Shown in pieces: positions 45,177-53,825 of a stretch of DNA of 64,000 nt (position 1 is the first letter of the stretch; each line of letters begins with the position of its first letter). The position numbers and the translations under genes are program-made. Where the stretch lies: the NCBI GenBank assembly GCA_017470935.1, contig JAFUXG010000055.1, positions 22,992 through 86,991 on the forward strand. The letters run 5' to 3'. The notes beneath the pieces are model-generated. The model was not told the origin of the DNA, did no database searches, and was given only the letters and a program-made list of their open reading frames with translations. The stretch comes from Lachnospiraceae bacterium (GTDB lineage: Bacteria > Bacillota > Clostridia > Lachnospirales > Lachnospiraceae).

Positions 45177-45953
45177 ATGCACGTACATGAATTTGGAAAT
45201 AAGGATAACCCTGTTATACTGCTTCTACCCGGCACCATGTGTTATTGGAAGGGTAATTTCGGTAATGTCATAGATGAGCTTGCCAAGGATTTTCTGGTGG
45301 CAGCAGTTGCGTACACAGGATTTGATGAAGAAGATAAGGAAGACTATCGGAGCGTAACTGATGAAACCGGTCGTATAGAAGAGTATGTTGTGAAGAATTA
45401 TGGCGGGCATATTCGGGCGGCATACGGCTGCTCTCTTGGTGGAACCTTTGTGGCACATCTTGCAGCACGGAACAGGATAAAGATGGACTATGGAATTATC
45501 GGTAGTTCTGATTTGGATCAGGCAGGGAATATTAAAGCTTCGATTATGTCATCTCTGATGGTCAAGGTTACATGGAATTTCATACATACCGGGAGATATA
45601 ATTCCAAGCTGATGCAGAAAAGGTATGAAAGTCAGATGGCAGCTCCCGATCCGTATAACAAAGCATTTGTTGCAATCACGGGACGTGATAAATATGATAT
45701 GAGCTTTATATCAAAGGAAAGCCTGAAAGGTCAGTTCAAGTCAGATCTTACCACACCGCTCCCTAAGGGTATTGATAATAAGGAAACGGAGATACATGTC
45801 TTTTACGCAAAAAAGATGGGAGAGAAATATCTTGACCGGTACAATCTGTATTTCAAGAATCCGGTAATTCATGAACAGGATATGCGCCATGAGGAATTTC
45901 TGGGGGTTTATCCGCATGAATGGTGCGAACTTGTTAAAGAAATATGCCTGTGA
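45177..45953 (+). CDS. Alpha/beta-fold hydrolase
   Basis: Nucleophile elbow GCSLGG. N-terminal PVILLLPG oxyanion region. Confidence 0.75.
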   Translation: MHVHEFGNKDNPVILLLPGTMCYWKGNFGNVIDELAKDFLVAAVAYTGFDEEDKEDYRSVTDETGRIEEYVVKNYGGHIRAAYGCSLGGTFVAHLAARNRIKMDYGIIGSSDLDQAGNIKASIMSSLMVKVTWNFIHTGRYNSKLMQKRYESQMAAPDPYNKAFVAITGRDKYDMSFISKESLKGQFKSDLTTPLPKGIDNKETEIHVFYAKKMGEKYLDRYNLYFKNPVIHEQDMRHEEFLGVYPHEWCELVKEICL

Positions 45954-46003
45954 ATGGAAAAGCCGGGCATATATACTTACATACAGGATTGAGGTGCGGA
46001 TTA

Positions 46004-46609
46004 ATGAAATATGGTCTTATGGCTGTTATGATGCCGTTAATATTAGATAAAACATCTTATAAATATCTTGACAGTATCGGTGTCAGGACAGATTCCGAAA
46101 TGAAAAAGAAAATAAAAAAAGAATATAAGGAAATGGTAAAGAGGACTCCGGGACTGGCAAAGGGCAATGGTCTGGTGGTTAATCTGTACATAGGCTGTTA
46201 TCTGCTGGCGTTTTATAAGGCTGAACCTTCTGTTGTAACAGAACAGGTCTTTGAAGGAATGATCAAGGCTCTTTGTGATGAAATGATGCAACGGGAAAAG
46301 GAAAATGACAGCGCATTCAGTGAGAAGACAATAAGCATGAGAGAGAAAGCAGCAGTCAAATCTCAAAGCTCTGATTATGAGATGGATTGGAGGTCAACAT
46401 TTTCCCGCAAGGGTGATAACTGTTATGAATTTACATACACGAAGTGTGGATTGTGTGAGCTTGGAAGAAGAGAAGGATGTTTTCATCTCATTAAATATCT
46501 GTGCATGACGGATTATATAAGCTTTGACAAGGCGGGTGCAAAGCTCATACGGAATCATACGATAGCTAATGGGGATGATTTCTGTGATTTTCATGTTGAG
46601 AGAAAATGA
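46004..46609 (+). CDS. ATC hydrolase-family protein (second copy)
   Basis: YTKCGLCELGRREGCFHLIKYLCMTDYISFD...ANGDDFCDFHVE. Confidence 0.6.
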   Translation: MKYGLMAVMMPLILDKTSYKYLDSIGVRTDSEMKKKIKKEYKEMVKRTPGLAKGNGLVVNLYIGCYLLAFYKAEPSVVTEQVFEGMIKALCDEMMQREKENDSAFSEKTISMREKAAVKSQSSDYEMDWRSTFSRKGDNCYEFTYTKCGLCELGRREGCFHLIKYLCMTDYISFDKAGAKLIRNHTIANGDDFCDFHVERK

Positions 46610-46625
46610 ATAAGAGGTGACAGAA

Positions 46626-47138
46626 ATGATAATGACAGCACTAATAGAAGGAATGATATGGTCTGTTCTATGGATCATATATGTATATGTTATTGTAAAG
46701 TGTTTTCCATGGCAGATGCTTCATGATTATCCTGAGGATATTCAAAAAGCTGCAACGATTGGTGAGCCTACGGATAAGCAGAACAGGAATAGTAAGATTT
46801 TCGGTGTTATAGGATCACTGATCATTTTTGCGGCACTTATAATATTTGGGCTTATGAAGTTTGGTGGAGAGCCGTCTTCATTTTTATCAGTGTTTGCTTT
46901 TATATTCATTATTGCTATGACTTGGAATGTGGTGGATCTGATCATTATGGACTGGCTCATTATCTGCACTATAACGCCTAAATGGGTAGTTATCGAAGGT
47001 ACGGATGGATGCAGGGGCTATAAGGATTATATGTATCATTTCAAAGGTTTTCTTATAGGATGCATATACACAACGATCATGTCATTGATCTTTGCTGGGA
47101 TAGACTATCTTATACTAAAATTATTGGTATGGAGATAA
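46626..47138 (+). CDS. Hypothetical integral membrane protein
   Basis: Four hydrophobic helices. SD AAGAGGTGA. Confidence 0.6.
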   Translation: MIMTALIEGMIWSVLWIIYVYVIVKCFPWQMLHDYPEDIQKAATIGEPTDKQNRNSKIFGVIGSLIIFAALIIFGLMKFGGEPSSFLSVFAFIFIIAMTWNVVDLIIMDWLIICTITPKWVVIEGTDGCRGYKDYMYHFKGFLIGCIYTTIMSLIFAGIDYLILKLLVWR

Positions 47139-47307
47139 AGATTTGACTCTGAAGGAAAAAGAGCAGTAAAGATGATCTTAACGATTCGTCAGTGTCAGGG
47201 CTTTTCCGGCTGATGGCAAAGCTTGGCGACGATGCTATGAAAATGAAGATTGTAAAGATCGAGTTTTAACGGGATACAAAGATACAGAAATATAACAGGA
47301 GGCTAAG

Positions 47308-48135
47308 ATGGAAAAGTTTAAGGTGGAAAACGGAACGGTACAGGAGACTTTGATGATGCCGCTTTATGGAAGAGTATATTGTGAGGAGCATTTTTCTGAA
47401 ACATTTCCGAACAAAGCAGCAAAGGAAACAGCAGCAAGAGTTGACTATGATTTTGATAAGGTAAAGAGTAGTGAACTTAATATGATCACATGGGGACTTC
47501 GTGCAAGAATGCTGCAGGATGGAGCCAGGAATTATTTGAAAGCCCATCCACAGGCAACGATTATTAATCTTGGCTGCGGTCTTGATCAGTCATTTGCAGA
47601 GATTGATAACGGTACCTGTAAATTCATTAATATGGATCTGCCGAATGTGATTGAAGCGAGAGAAAAGATTGTTACATGTGCCGAAAGAGAGTTTAATTAT
47701 GCCGGCAGTCTTATGGATTTTGAATGGATGCAGGAGATAACAAAGCCTCCGTATAATGTAAATGTCTCAGACGGAGTTTATATCATTTGCGGCGGAGTGC
47801 TGATGTATTTTCACACAGCGGATATGAAACGCTTCTTCCTGGCATTGCTTAATGCATTTCCGGGTGGTGGAATATGCTTTGACGGCGAGAATCAAAAGGG
47901 ACTTGAAAAATCCAATAAGATTGTCCAAAAGACCGGCAATGGGACGAAAATATATTTTCCCATTGAGAATGCAAGGGAACTTTTTGCATCATGGAGTGCC
48001 GATTTCAAGAATGTATCTGAGATGGCTTTTCCTGAGTATGTTAAGGAGAGCAGGGAAATTCCTTGGAAATGGAAATTAGTGTTATCTCTTGGAATGAAGC
48101 TTGGAATGGTCAAGCTCATAGAGGTCGGATTCTGA
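47308..48135 (+). CDS. Class I SAM-dependent methyltransferase (LCM/TcmP-like), paralogue of 30705-31559
   Basis: IINLGCGLDQSF and NMDLPNVIEAREK. SD CAGGAGG. Confidence 0.7.
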   Translation: MEKFKVENGTVQETLMMPLYGRVYCEEHFSETFPNKAAKETAARVDYDFDKVKSSELNMITWGLRARMLQDGARNYLKAHPQATIINLGCGLDQSFAEIDNGTCKFINMDLPNVIEAREKIVTCAEREFNYAGSLMDFEWMQEITKPPYNVNVSDGVYIICGGVLMYFHTADMKRFFLALLNAFPGGGICFDGENQKGLEKSNKIVQKTGNGTKIYFPIENARELFASWSADFKNVSEMAFPEYVKESREIPWKWKLVLSLGMKLGMVKLIEVGF

Positions 48136-48316
48136 AGAAGATATTCTTAATATTATTGCATTAGTTCAGGCTTGTACCATCTGACATCGTTTTCAGATTT
48201 CTTTGTTGAATTTATGGCAAAATTAGAATATCATATTGATGCTTTTAATTCATATGTCGGATGTCAATGGACATTATGGGTATTAGACAAGGATAATTAA
48301 GGGGAGAGGTAACAGG

Positions 48317-49513
48317 ATGGCAAAGAAAGAAAACAAATATAAAGATTACGATATCACAACACAGGCGATCCATACGGGGACTGACTATGATGAGGGAACA
48401 GGCGCTGTAAGACGTCCTCTTCATATGGCAAACAGCTACAAGCTGCCTGATGATCTGTCTCAGGTGAATTATTCATCTACGGATCTGTTAATGTATTCAA
48501 GAAATGGTAATCCCAATCAGCATTGGCTTGAAGAGAAAATAGCGGCACTTCATGATGCTGATGATGCTATTGTGCTGGCAAGCGGTGTGGCAGCGCTCCA
48601 TGCCCTGTTCTGGACACTGTTAAAAACGGGGGATAAGGTTATCTATCCCAATGTCAGCTATATGGCTGTGTACAGGATGTTCCATGAACTGTTCAATCAG
48701 AAATTCGGGGTGGAAACAGTTATGGTGGACATGACAGATTTGGAGGCTGTAAAGAAAGCAATTACTCCGGGAACACGTCTGGTTCATATTGAGACTCCTG
48801 ATAATCCTACCAATGGAGTGACGGATATTGAAGCTATCGCAAAAATTGCACATGAGAATGGTGCAGTTTTGTCGGTTGATAATACATTTGCTTCACCCTA
48901 TAATCAGAAACCGCTCTCTCTTGGCGCTGATTTTGTGGTGGAGGCACTTACGAAATTTATTAATGGACATGGTGATGCACAGGGTGGAGCAATCATCTCA
49001 AATGATCTTGCAACGATGGACAGGATTCGTTATGAGGCACAGGTAAATGTGGGTTCAGTAATCAGTCCTTTCAATGCATGGCAGATATTCAGAGGTTCTG
49101 TTACATTTCCGCTCCGCATGCAGCGGATTAATGAGTCTTCGCTGAAGATTGCCGAGTGGCTGGAGCAGCGGGAAAATGTAACATTTGTATCATATCCCGG
49201 ACTCCCGAGTAATCCCGGACATAGGCTGGCAAAGAAACAGATGAAAAACGGATATGGTGGAGTGATTTCTTTTGGTGTGGATACAGATGATAAAACAGTT
49301 GAGAAGTTCTGTGCAGCACTTAAGGTCGTGACCTTTGCAGTATCCCTGGGACATGATGAAAGCCTGATTTTTCCACAGCCAAGCTATGATGAACGCATCA
49401 ATCTCTATCCGGAAAAATTCAGAAAAGGATTTATCCGTTTTTCGGTTGGACTGGAAGAGCCGGATGACATTATAGCTGATCTGGATCAGGCACTTAGAAG
49501 TATTGGTTTATGA
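48317..49513 (+). CDS. PLP-dependent Cys/Met-metabolism enzyme (methionine gamma-lyase / cystathionine gamma-synthase family)
   Basis: The TKFINGHGD region carries the PLP lysine. SVDNTFASPYNQKP. About 400 aa. Confidence 0.85.
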   Translation: MAKKENKYKDYDITTQAIHTGTDYDEGTGAVRRPLHMANSYKLPDDLSQVNYSSTDLLMYSRNGNPNQHWLEEKIAALHDADDAIVLASGVAALHALFWTLLKTGDKVIYPNVSYMAVYRMFHELFNQKFGVETVMVDMTDLEAVKKAITPGTRLVHIETPDNPTNGVTDIEAIAKIAHENGAVLSVDNTFASPYNQKPLSLGADFVVEALTKFINGHGDAQGGAIISNDLATMDRIRYEAQVNVGSVISPFNAWQIFRGSVTFPLRMQRINESSLKIAEWLEQRENVTFVSYPGLPSNPGHRLAKKQMKNGYGGVISFGVDTDDKTVEKFCAALKVVTFAVSLGHDESLIFPQPSYDERINLYPEKFRKGFIRFSVGLEEPDDIIADLDQALRSIGL

Positions 49514-49534
49514 AGACATTTTTTGCTATCAAAG

Positions 49535-49632
49535 AAGAACTTAATTGAATTCAGAACAAATTTTAAGATAACTGCAACGGGTGAATATTATTATAGAAAA
49601 TGCAGGTTATAAGTAATGCTTATCAATTTATT
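49535..49632 (+). pseudogene. Deletion remnant of a LysR-family gene paralogous to 53826-54722
   Basis: TTTAAGATAACTGCAACGGGTGAATATTATTATAGAAAATGCAGG matches 53989-54033. ATAAGTAATGCTTATCAAT matches the 3-prime end at 54719-54737. Confidence 0.5.
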
Positions 49633-49719
49633 TCATGCGGGCACTGTGACAAACGCTGTCCGTTTGGAGTAAAGCAAAGCACAAGAATGAAGATAATATC
49701 ACAATTTTTTGGAGAATGA
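49632..49719 (+). pseudogene. C-terminal remnant of an Fe-S-containing aldo/keto-reductase-like gene
   Basis: Reads ISCGHCDKRCPFGVKQSTRMKIISQFFGE-stop, a ferredoxin-type CxxCxxxCP tail with no upstream body. Confidence 0.4.
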
Positions 49720-49958
49720 ACATGAATGGGAAAAAGTTTCTGATGCAATCGGATGGTGCGATGTATGTAAAGGATGGGAGGATGAAGATTATCTAAAAAA
49801 GGAACTTGAGAATGCATTTTCAAGAGTGTGCTGCCTCGAATTAATTCCTGAGCATATAACGGGAAAATTGGTTAACGAATCATAAAAACCTCTGTTATTA
49901 CAGACCCTAATGATTTTGTTCTTATAGATAATTTATAATATGAAAATAGTGATGAATG

Positions 49959-50927
49959 TTAGCTTACATTCACCACTATTTTTCCGTTTATTTTTCCTTC
50001 ATCTAATGATATACATGCTTCTTTAATGTTTTTGAAATCATAAATCTCACCGATCAAAGGCTTTAAGGCTTTTTCATCCATAAAAGTGAAAATGTCCTGT
50101 ATCATTTCCCGATAGGGATAATTGCTATAAAATCCGGTAAGATATACCCCGTTCGGGATATCCTTGATGGGATCAAAATGGTTCCATTCATATACTTTAC
50201 CAAGTACTCCTGTATTACATACTATCACGCCTTCGTTAACAGATTGCATTGTATCCTTAAGGGTCTTAATTCCAATAAGCTCTAATACCTTTGTGACAGT
50301 ATCGGTTTTACCTTTAAGGCTTCCGTCATCTAATATACATTCATCCGCTCCGGCAGATTTAATGAGATCAAGTTTGGATTCTTTATGTGTTGTTGCTATT
50401 ACTGTACATCCCAAAGCTTTTGCAAGCTGAATTGCCGCATAACCAAGGGCGCATGTGGCTCCACGAATCAGGAGAGTGTCATCAGGTATAAGTTTAAGAC
50501 ACTGGAATAGCGATCCCCATGCAGTAAAATAGGTTTCCGGAACAGCCGCCATTTCATGCCATGGAAGACTGCTTTTTACAGCAAAAACATGATGTGTGGG
50601 GAGAAGCGCATATTCTGCATAACTTCCGTTAAAGCTTCTTCCCATGCCGCCCATTAAAGCGACAATTTTATCTCCGGTTAAAAAGCTGCTGTCAGATGGA
50701 TCTGCAATTTCTCCAACACATTCAATTCCCGGAATAATAGGCTTGCTGATATAATCACTTGCTATCTCGAATTCCCGAAGAAGCTGTTCAGAGTGGTTCA
50801 TTCCAAATGCTTTTACTTTAACAAGCACCCATCCGGGTTTGACTTGCGGGATAGGTACATCGGATAGAACTACATCACTTCCTTTTGTAGGTTTATCAAT
50901 AATAACTGCTTTCATTGTATTATTCAT
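49959..50927 (-). CDS. Medium-chain (zinc-type/quinone oxidoreductase-like) dehydrogenase
   Basis: Start at the ATG (MNNTMKAVII) after SD AGAAAGGAA. GWVLVKVKAFGMNHSE and IRGATCALGYAAIQLAKALG Rossmann region. Confidence 0.8.
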   Translation of the reverse strand: MNNTMKAVIIDKPTKGSDVVLSDVPIPQVKPGWVLVKVKAFGMNHSEQLLREFEIASDYISKPIIPGIECVGEIADPSDSSFLTGDKIVALMGGMGRSFNGSYAEYALLPTHHVFAVKSSLPWHEMAAVPETYFTAWGSLFQCLKLIPDDTLLIRGATCALGYAAIQLAKALGCTVIATTHKESKLDLIKSAGADECILDDGSLKGKTDTVTKVLELIGIKTLKDTMQSVNEGVIVCNTGVLGKVYEWNHFDPIKDIPNGVYLTGFYSNYPYREMIQDIFTFMDEKALKPLIGEIYDFKNIKEACISLDEGKINGKIVVNVS

Positions 50928-51007
50928 AAAAGTTGATTCCTTTCTGCTACACATATAATCGAAAGTACTTAGTAACACTATTCGAACAGGTGTCTGCCTT
51001 TTGAGTT

Positions 51008-52096
51008 TCATAGTGAAATCAGTTCATCATGGCATGGACTCGTGTCGATCCAGCACTGTGGGTCTTCAGCGTAGAAATCCCCATTTGTTCCCTTGGCAAC
51101 TGCCGGACAACCTCTGCACCAGGGGAGGAGACGACATTTGGAACATTTACTGAATTTATCAAACTCACGGTAAGTCTCCATACTTCCTACCCAGATATCA
51201 GCCAGTTTATCTTCATACACATTACCTACTCTGCTGTCAGATACCCGTCTGCAGGCATAGACATCGCCGGAAGGCAGAATTGTGAGATGACTGTTTCCGC
51301 AATGGCAGCCGTCATAGATCATTCCTTCCTCGGCAGCTTCAGGTATATGAAATTTACCGGTTTCATAGTCATGCAAAGTCCATAAATGATCCTTCTTGTT
51401 AAAATAGGTATCGCATCCTTGTTTTTCATATTCTGCGAACTTCTTATCACACTTATCTAACAGTGCACGATACTCTTCAGCGGTCATACTTGTATCAAGT
51501 TCTCCGCCGCTTGGAACATATCTTGAAAAAGCAAAGACGTTAGCACCTGCGGCAACTGCTTCGTCGATGATTCCCGGTATCTCATTCATGTTGGTTTTTG
51601 ACACGGTTGTCATTATGGCTGTTCTTATTCCGGCATTTCTCAAGCAGGCAAGTTTTTTCAATGTGCAGTCAAATGATCCCGGTTTTCTGAACCAGTCATG
51701 AGTTTCCCTCAGACCATCTATGGACATCTGATATCTTTCACATCCGTATGATTTAAGTCGTTTGCATACTTCTTCATTCAGATGAAATGGATTCCCCAAT
51801 ATCGTAAATAATATGCCATGCTCGTGAATCAATTTCAAAAGCCTCCAGAAATCAGGATGAAGAATGGGATCGCCGCCTGTAAGATAGAAGTAGGGTCTGC
51901 AGTTATATGTATCACAAAAGTCAAGACAGTTGTAAAATGTCTTTTTCATCTCTTCCCAGTTCATGGTCTCTAACGGCTTACAGTTATCAGCGGAAAAAAT
52001 GTAGCAGTGTTTACAGCGCTGGTCGCAGTCATCGGTTATGTGCCATTGAAATGAAAATGTAAATTTTTTATTTGGTTTTTGAGTATTTGTATTCAT
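51008..52096 (-). CDS. Radical SAM/SPASM-domain peptide maturase (ranthipeptide/thioether-type)
   Basis: CDQRCKHCY (CxxxCxxC) about 25 residues from the start. TGGDP. C-terminal SPASM cysteines CHCGNS...YACRR...CSKCRLLPWCRGCP. Start at the ATG after SD AAAGGAAG. Confidence 0.85.
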   Translation of the reverse strand: MNTNTQKPNKKFTFSFQWHITDDCDQRCKHCYIFSADNCKPLETMNWEEMKKTFYNCLDFCDTYNCRPYFYLTGGDPILHPDFWRLLKLIHEHGILFTILGNPFHLNEEVCKRLKSYGCERYQMSIDGLRETHDWFRKPGSFDCTLKKLACLRNAGIRTAIMTTVSKTNMNEIPGIIDEAVAAGANVFAFSRYVPSGGELDTSMTAEEYRALLDKCDKKFAEYEKQGCDTYFNKKDHLWTLHDYETGKFHIPEAAEEGMIYDGCHCGNSHLTILPSGDVYACRRVSDSRVGNVYEDKLADIWVGSMETYREFDKFSKCSKCRLLPWCRGCPAVAKGTNGDFYAEDPQCWIDTSPCHDELISL

Positions 52097-52112
52097 ATAT
52101 ATACTTCCTTTT

Positions 52113-52344
52113 GGAGCAGTTCTTGTCGAGCAAGGCGAGACATTAGAACTGCCCATATGCAGGCACCAGATGGTTCAAGTTCGAAGAACGCAGAAGCATC
52201 TGGTAGTGCCGAGCCATTAGGAGCAGTTCTTGTCGAGCAAAGCGAGATATTAGAACTGCCCATATGCAGGCACCAGATGGTTCAAGTTCGAAGAACGCAG
52301 AAGCATCTGGTAGTGCCGAGCCATTAGGAGCAGTTCTTGTCGAG
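52113..52344. repeat. 107-bp tandem repeat, 2.2 copies, between the RiPP precursor and the maturase
   Basis: Copies start at 52113, 52220 and 52327 (partial). I saw 2 mismatches between the full copies. Each unit contains two hairpins. Confidence 0.9.
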
Positions 52345-52386
52345 GTAAAAACTTGGACTGACCAATGTTTAGTTCGGTCAGTCCAA
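52344..52386 (-). terminator. Intrinsic terminator/attenuator 28 nt downstream of the precursor stop
   Basis: On the minus strand: TTGGACTGACC, 12-nt loop, GGTCAGTCCAA, then GTTTTTA. Confidence 0.7.
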
Positions 52387-52414
52387 AGTACGATCAGATT
52401 CTGTCTTTTAGGAA

Positions 52415-52603
52415 CTACTTGTCTGAAGCTCCGCAAGCGCTGTAATTGTCAGCAGAGCCACAAGCACTGTAGCTGTCGGCAGAACCGCATGCACTGTGAT
52501 TGTCAGCAGAGCCGCAAGCACTGTGATTATCGGAAGAACCGCAGGCAGAGCCTGATGTCACTGCAGTACCCTTTGACCATGAAGCAAAATTCTTTAATGC
52601 CAT
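52415..52603 (-). CDS. RiPP precursor peptide with five Cys-X3-Asp repeats (ranthipeptide-like)
   Basis: MALKNFASWSKGTAVTSGS leader, then 9-aa repeats SACGS(S/A)D(N/S)(H/Y). Strong SD GGAAAGGAG 5 nt before the ATG at 52603. Confidence 0.8.
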   Translation of the reverse strand: MALKNFASWSKGTAVTSGSACGSSDNHSACGSADNHSACGSADSYSACGSADNYSACGASDK

Positions 52604-52811
52604 AATATACTCCTTTCCGCAGATTAACTGCATTTAATTTATGCTTGAATATTACTGTTCAAAAATATCAGGAAAACCATGATTATTCTTTGAACTGTAA
52701 CATCTTATGATCAGTTTATCAGATGGAATGTTGAATGTGAAATAAATATATGCTATAGTTTATAACTGATTGGAATAAATAATGCATAGATAATAAAACG
52801 GAGGGATATTG

Positions 52812-53717
52812 ATGAACACTACTCAACTGGAATGTTTTGTCAGTCTTGCAAATACATTGAATTATGTTAAAACAGCAGATCAGCTTGGTTTGAGTCAGCC
52901 TGCGGTATCGAAGCAGATTAAATCTCTGGAAAATGAACTTGGCACCCGGCTTTTTGACCGGACTACAAGATTTGTTTCCCTTACTCAAGTGGGACAGCAG
53001 TTTCTTCCGGAAGCGTCAAATATACTGAATACCTACTATCATTCAAAAGAATGGATTTCTAATTTTAATGTAAGCTCAAAGCATTCCTTACGAATCGGCT
53101 ACAGTGATCCTCACAGCATGAATATGTTGAGCAAAATACTTAAAAACCTGCTGCCCGACTTCCCCAATCTGATCATTGAAATGACAAGTGATCAGACAGA
53201 TGCGAATCTGCGGAGGTTGATAAATGGACAGGTGGATCTTGTAATGGGAATGAGGGATGCAAGGTTTACTGATGACAATGTAATCTTTAAAAAGCTTCAT
53301 GAAGATTATTTCGTCTGCATAGTGTCAAAGGAACATCCACTTATTAAAGAATTAAATGATGTAGAAATAATTAGTACAGAGCAGCTTTGGAATTACAGGC
53401 AGGTTATCTCGATTCCTCCCTATCTTATGAAAAATTACTTTTCAAGAGCTCATAGGATATTGCCGGTAAATGATGACCTTGATAACAGCATCTGTACAAA
53501 TATCAATGAGGCTTATGCTTTGGTATTATCGGGCTTTGGTTATTCATTTGTACCGGAGCATCTGGTGATGGAACATCCTGAGCTTGTTTTTCTGAAATGG
53601 AAGGAATCACCACATTCAGCATTTGGACTGTATTACAGAAAGGATGCAGCAGGTGAAAAGACATCGGCACTTAGAAAATTTATTAATATTTCACAGTCCT
53701 TGCTAAATAAATCCTGA
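52812..53717 (+). CDS. LysR-family transcriptional regulator (divergent from the RiPP operon)
   Basis: N-terminal HTH: LECFVSLANTLNYVKTADQLGLSQPAVSKQIKSLE. Confidence 0.85.
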   Translation: MNTTQLECFVSLANTLNYVKTADQLGLSQPAVSKQIKSLENELGTRLFDRTTRFVSLTQVGQQFLPEASNILNTYYHSKEWISNFNVSSKHSLRIGYSDPHSMNMLSKILKNLLPDFPNLIIEMTSDQTDANLRRLINGQVDLVMGMRDARFTDDNVIFKKLHEDYFVCIVSKEHPLIKELNDVEIISTEQLWNYRQVISIPPYLMKNYFSRAHRILPVNDDLDNSICTNINEAYALVLSGFGYSFVPEHLVMEHPELVFLKWKESPHSAFGLYYRKDAAGEKTSALRKFINISQSLLNKS

Positions 53718-53825
53718 ACCCCCTGCACCCCGCAAACAGACTTCAACTACCGTGCTGGATTGACAAAAAATTATGCACATTATAAAATATTGAATTATAA
53801 AAAGATAAGAGAGGTAACCATACCT

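Noticed and set aside
48136-48316. Possible SAM or T-box riboswitch upstream of the Met-gamma-lyase-like gene
   Set aside because: No conserved SAM-I, SAM-II or T-box sequence blocks are recognisable. Only a weak hairpin (ATCTGA...TCAGAT) is present, which may terminate the upstream methyltransferase gene.
49623-49823. A 66-aa minus-strand ORF in the decay zone
   Set aside because: It has no RBS and overlaps + strand gene remnants. Probably non-coding.
52113-52344. Tandem repeats at 52.1 kb and 62.9 kb as CRISPR arrays
   Set aside because: The units abut each other or are separated by a single 14-nt spacer. There are no unique spacers of protospacer size, only 2 copies, and no cas genes.
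52143-52605. ORFs of 82-113 aa on both strands across the 107-bp tandem repeat (52079-52327, 52143-52436, 52264-52605)
   Set aside because: Their reading frames exist only because the repeat lacks stops. They have no SD. The + strand ORF at 52264-52605 is the antisense of the Cys-rich precursor gene.
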